From Candidatus Pacearchaeota archaeon (GTDB lineage: Archaea > Nanobdellota > Nanobdellia > Pacearchaeales > JAPDKA01): a stretch of 64,000 nucleotides of DNA. Under the pieces are notes generated by a model. It searched no databases and was not told the DNA's origin. It worked only from the letters and a program-made list of their open reading frames with translations. The position numbers were made by a program, and so were the translations under genes. Positions 62,856 through 64,000 of the stretch are shown one piece after another; position 1 is the stretch's first letter; every line of letters starts with the position of its first letter. The DNA is taken from contig JAWBVE010000005.1 in NCBI GenBank assembly GCA_038840695.1, positions 586-64,585 on the forward strand. Direction: 5' to 3'.

Positions 62856-64000
62856 ATGAAAAAAAGAGCTCAGAGAGCTCAGAGAGTCGAGACAGCTAAG
62901 AGAGCGGGAGCAAGAGTAACCGGAGTGGCTAGAGCAAAGCAGGGAGCAATTCTTTTTAATATAATTTTGCTAGGCATAGTTAGCTTGATTACTGATTTTA
63001 GTAGTGAAATAATAAAGCCAATTTTACCTGCATTTTTACTTTCTCTCGGCGCAAGTAGTGCTGTGATTGGTCTTGTAGGTGGCTTTATTGAAGGCATTCC
63101 AAACTTGCTAAAAGTTTTCTCTGGCTTTATTTCAGACAAGATCAGAAAGTATAAACCATTTGTTGCCTTTGGCTATGGCTTTTCAGCTATTTTTAAAGCC
63201 CTTTTGGCTGTAGCTAAAGCACCTTTACAGGCAATAGCTTTTATAAGCGCTGAAAGAGTTGGCAAAGGCATTAGAGAGGCTCCTCGTGATGCATTGGTGG
63301 CAAGATATAAGGAAAGGGGCTATGGCTTTGGAATTCATCGAGCTTTTGATACAAGTGGCGCAGTTCTTGGCAGCATAGCTGCTTTTATTTTAATTTTCTT
63401 TGGCTTTAGCTTAAGATCCATGATAGCGCTTGCAGGCGCCCTTGCCTTCCTTGCCCTAATCCCAATAGCCTTTGTCCGAGAGGCCAAAGAAGCAAGAGCA
63501 AAGGAAGAAGCAATTCCCAAAGCAAAGCTTAGAAGCCTTGGAATCTTTTCTGAACTAAGCGCATTTCCTAAAGAGCTAAAGATATTTTTTGTTATTGCAG
63601 CCATCTTTGCACTTTCAAACTTTAGTTATATGTTTTTTGTGCTCAATGCAATGAAAACGATCAAAACTGGTTGGGGCAATTTAGGTTTAGGCAATTTAGG
63701 CAGCTTTGGCAATTTAGGCAGCTTAGGCATTCCTATAGCTCTTTATGTCCTATTCAATATTTTTTATGCAGCATTTTCTATTCCTCTCGGCAAGCTTTCT
63801 GACAAAATAGGAAGAAAAAAATTGCTTATTTTTGGCTATGGAATTTTCTCTTTTATATGCTTGTTGTTTATTTTTTTCAGTTCTTTAGCTATATTTATAT
63901 TAGGATTTGCTCTCTATGGCATTTCGCTTTCAGCTATCGAAGTAAGTCAGCGAGCATATGTGGCAGATCTCGCAAGAAAAAAAGCAACAGCACTCGGCGC
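62856..64000 (+). CDS. MFS-type transporter, 3' end beyond window
   Basis: Not in ORF track (no stop). The ATG at 62856 gives MKKRAQRAQRVETAKRAGARVTGVARAKQGAILFNIILLGIVSLITDFSSEIIKPILPAFLLSLGASSAVIGLVGGFIEG..., with multiple TM helices and MFS-like loop motifs (G..SD(K/R)IGRKK at ~63790-63830). It contains an in-frame GNLG repeat. Confidence 0.55.
   Translation, partial: MKKRAQRAQRVETAKRAGARVTGVARAKQGAILFNIILLGIVSLITDFSSEIIKPILPAFLLSLGASSAVIGLVGGFIEGIPNLLKVFSGFISDKIRKYKPFVAFGYGFSAIFKALLAVAKAPLQAIAFISAERVGKGIREAPRDALVARYKERGYGFGIHRAFDTSGAVLGSIAAFILIFFGFSLRSMIALAGALAFLALIPIAFVREAKEARAKEEAIPKAKLRSLGIFSELSAFPKELKIFFVIAAIFALSNFSYMFFVLNAMKTIKTGWGNLGLGNLGSFGNLGSLGIPIALYVLFNIFYAAFSIPLGKLSDKIGRKKLLIFGYGIFSFICLLFIFFSSLAIFILGFALYGISLSAIEVSQRAYVADLARKKATALG
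63675..63727 (+). repeat. In-frame tandem repeat inside the MFS gene encoding GNLGLGNLGSFGNLGSLG
   Basis: ggcaatttagg recurs at 63675, 63690 and 63708, with periods of 15 and 18 nt. Confidence 0.9.

Overview
AT-rich archaeal chromosome segment with about 65 protein genes and 4 tRNAs (Asp-GTC, Leu-CAA, Lys-CTT, Ser-TGA). I found no rRNA, CRISPR array, transposase or integrase. Most of the window is tightly packed housekeeping content. This includes thermosome, TFB, aEF-2, aIF5A, SRP54, proteasome beta, and ribosomal proteins S8e, L40e and L1-P0-P1. It also includes an Sm protein, RNase Z, tRNA-splicing endonuclease, CCA-adding enzyme, GatE, TrpRS, aCPSF1, Mre11-Rad50, ScpA, Tmk/Cmk and AMP phosphorylase. 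By inference only, the gene set and style fit a small-genome DPANN-like archaeon: K/E-rich protein tails, short spacers, a giant surface protein and AMP phosphorylase. The one clearly accessory block lies at about 10.0-26.3 kb. It holds an Epd/Tad-like type IV filament operon with five pilin-like genes, a FlaI/TadA-type ATPase and a platform split into two T2SS-F genes. Diverging from it are a 615-aa membrane-anchored protein and a 2310-aa secreted, Cys-rich giant protein. The AT-rich C-terminus of the giant protein carries a degenerate LytM-like segment and a papain-like (NlpC/P60-like) Cys-His module. A convergent lipoprotein with a CPxCPS repeat and tRNA-Leu close the block. I propose this as a candidate cell-cell attachment or envelope-attack system; this is a hypothesis, not a demonstrated function. 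Three genome-style oddities are visible directly. Short tandem micro-duplications (11-21 nt, x2-3) are widespread and often copy a gene's last codons plus its stop codon, or a TATA-like promoter element. Sense-strand polypurine spacers grade into K/E-rich protein termini. Most TATA-like boxes sit 22-30 nt from the ATG, which implies leaderless mRNAs, whereas the L1 operon has a longer leader with a hairpin that covers its Shine-Dalgarno (SD) sequence. All functional calls rest on motif recognition by eye; no database search was run.
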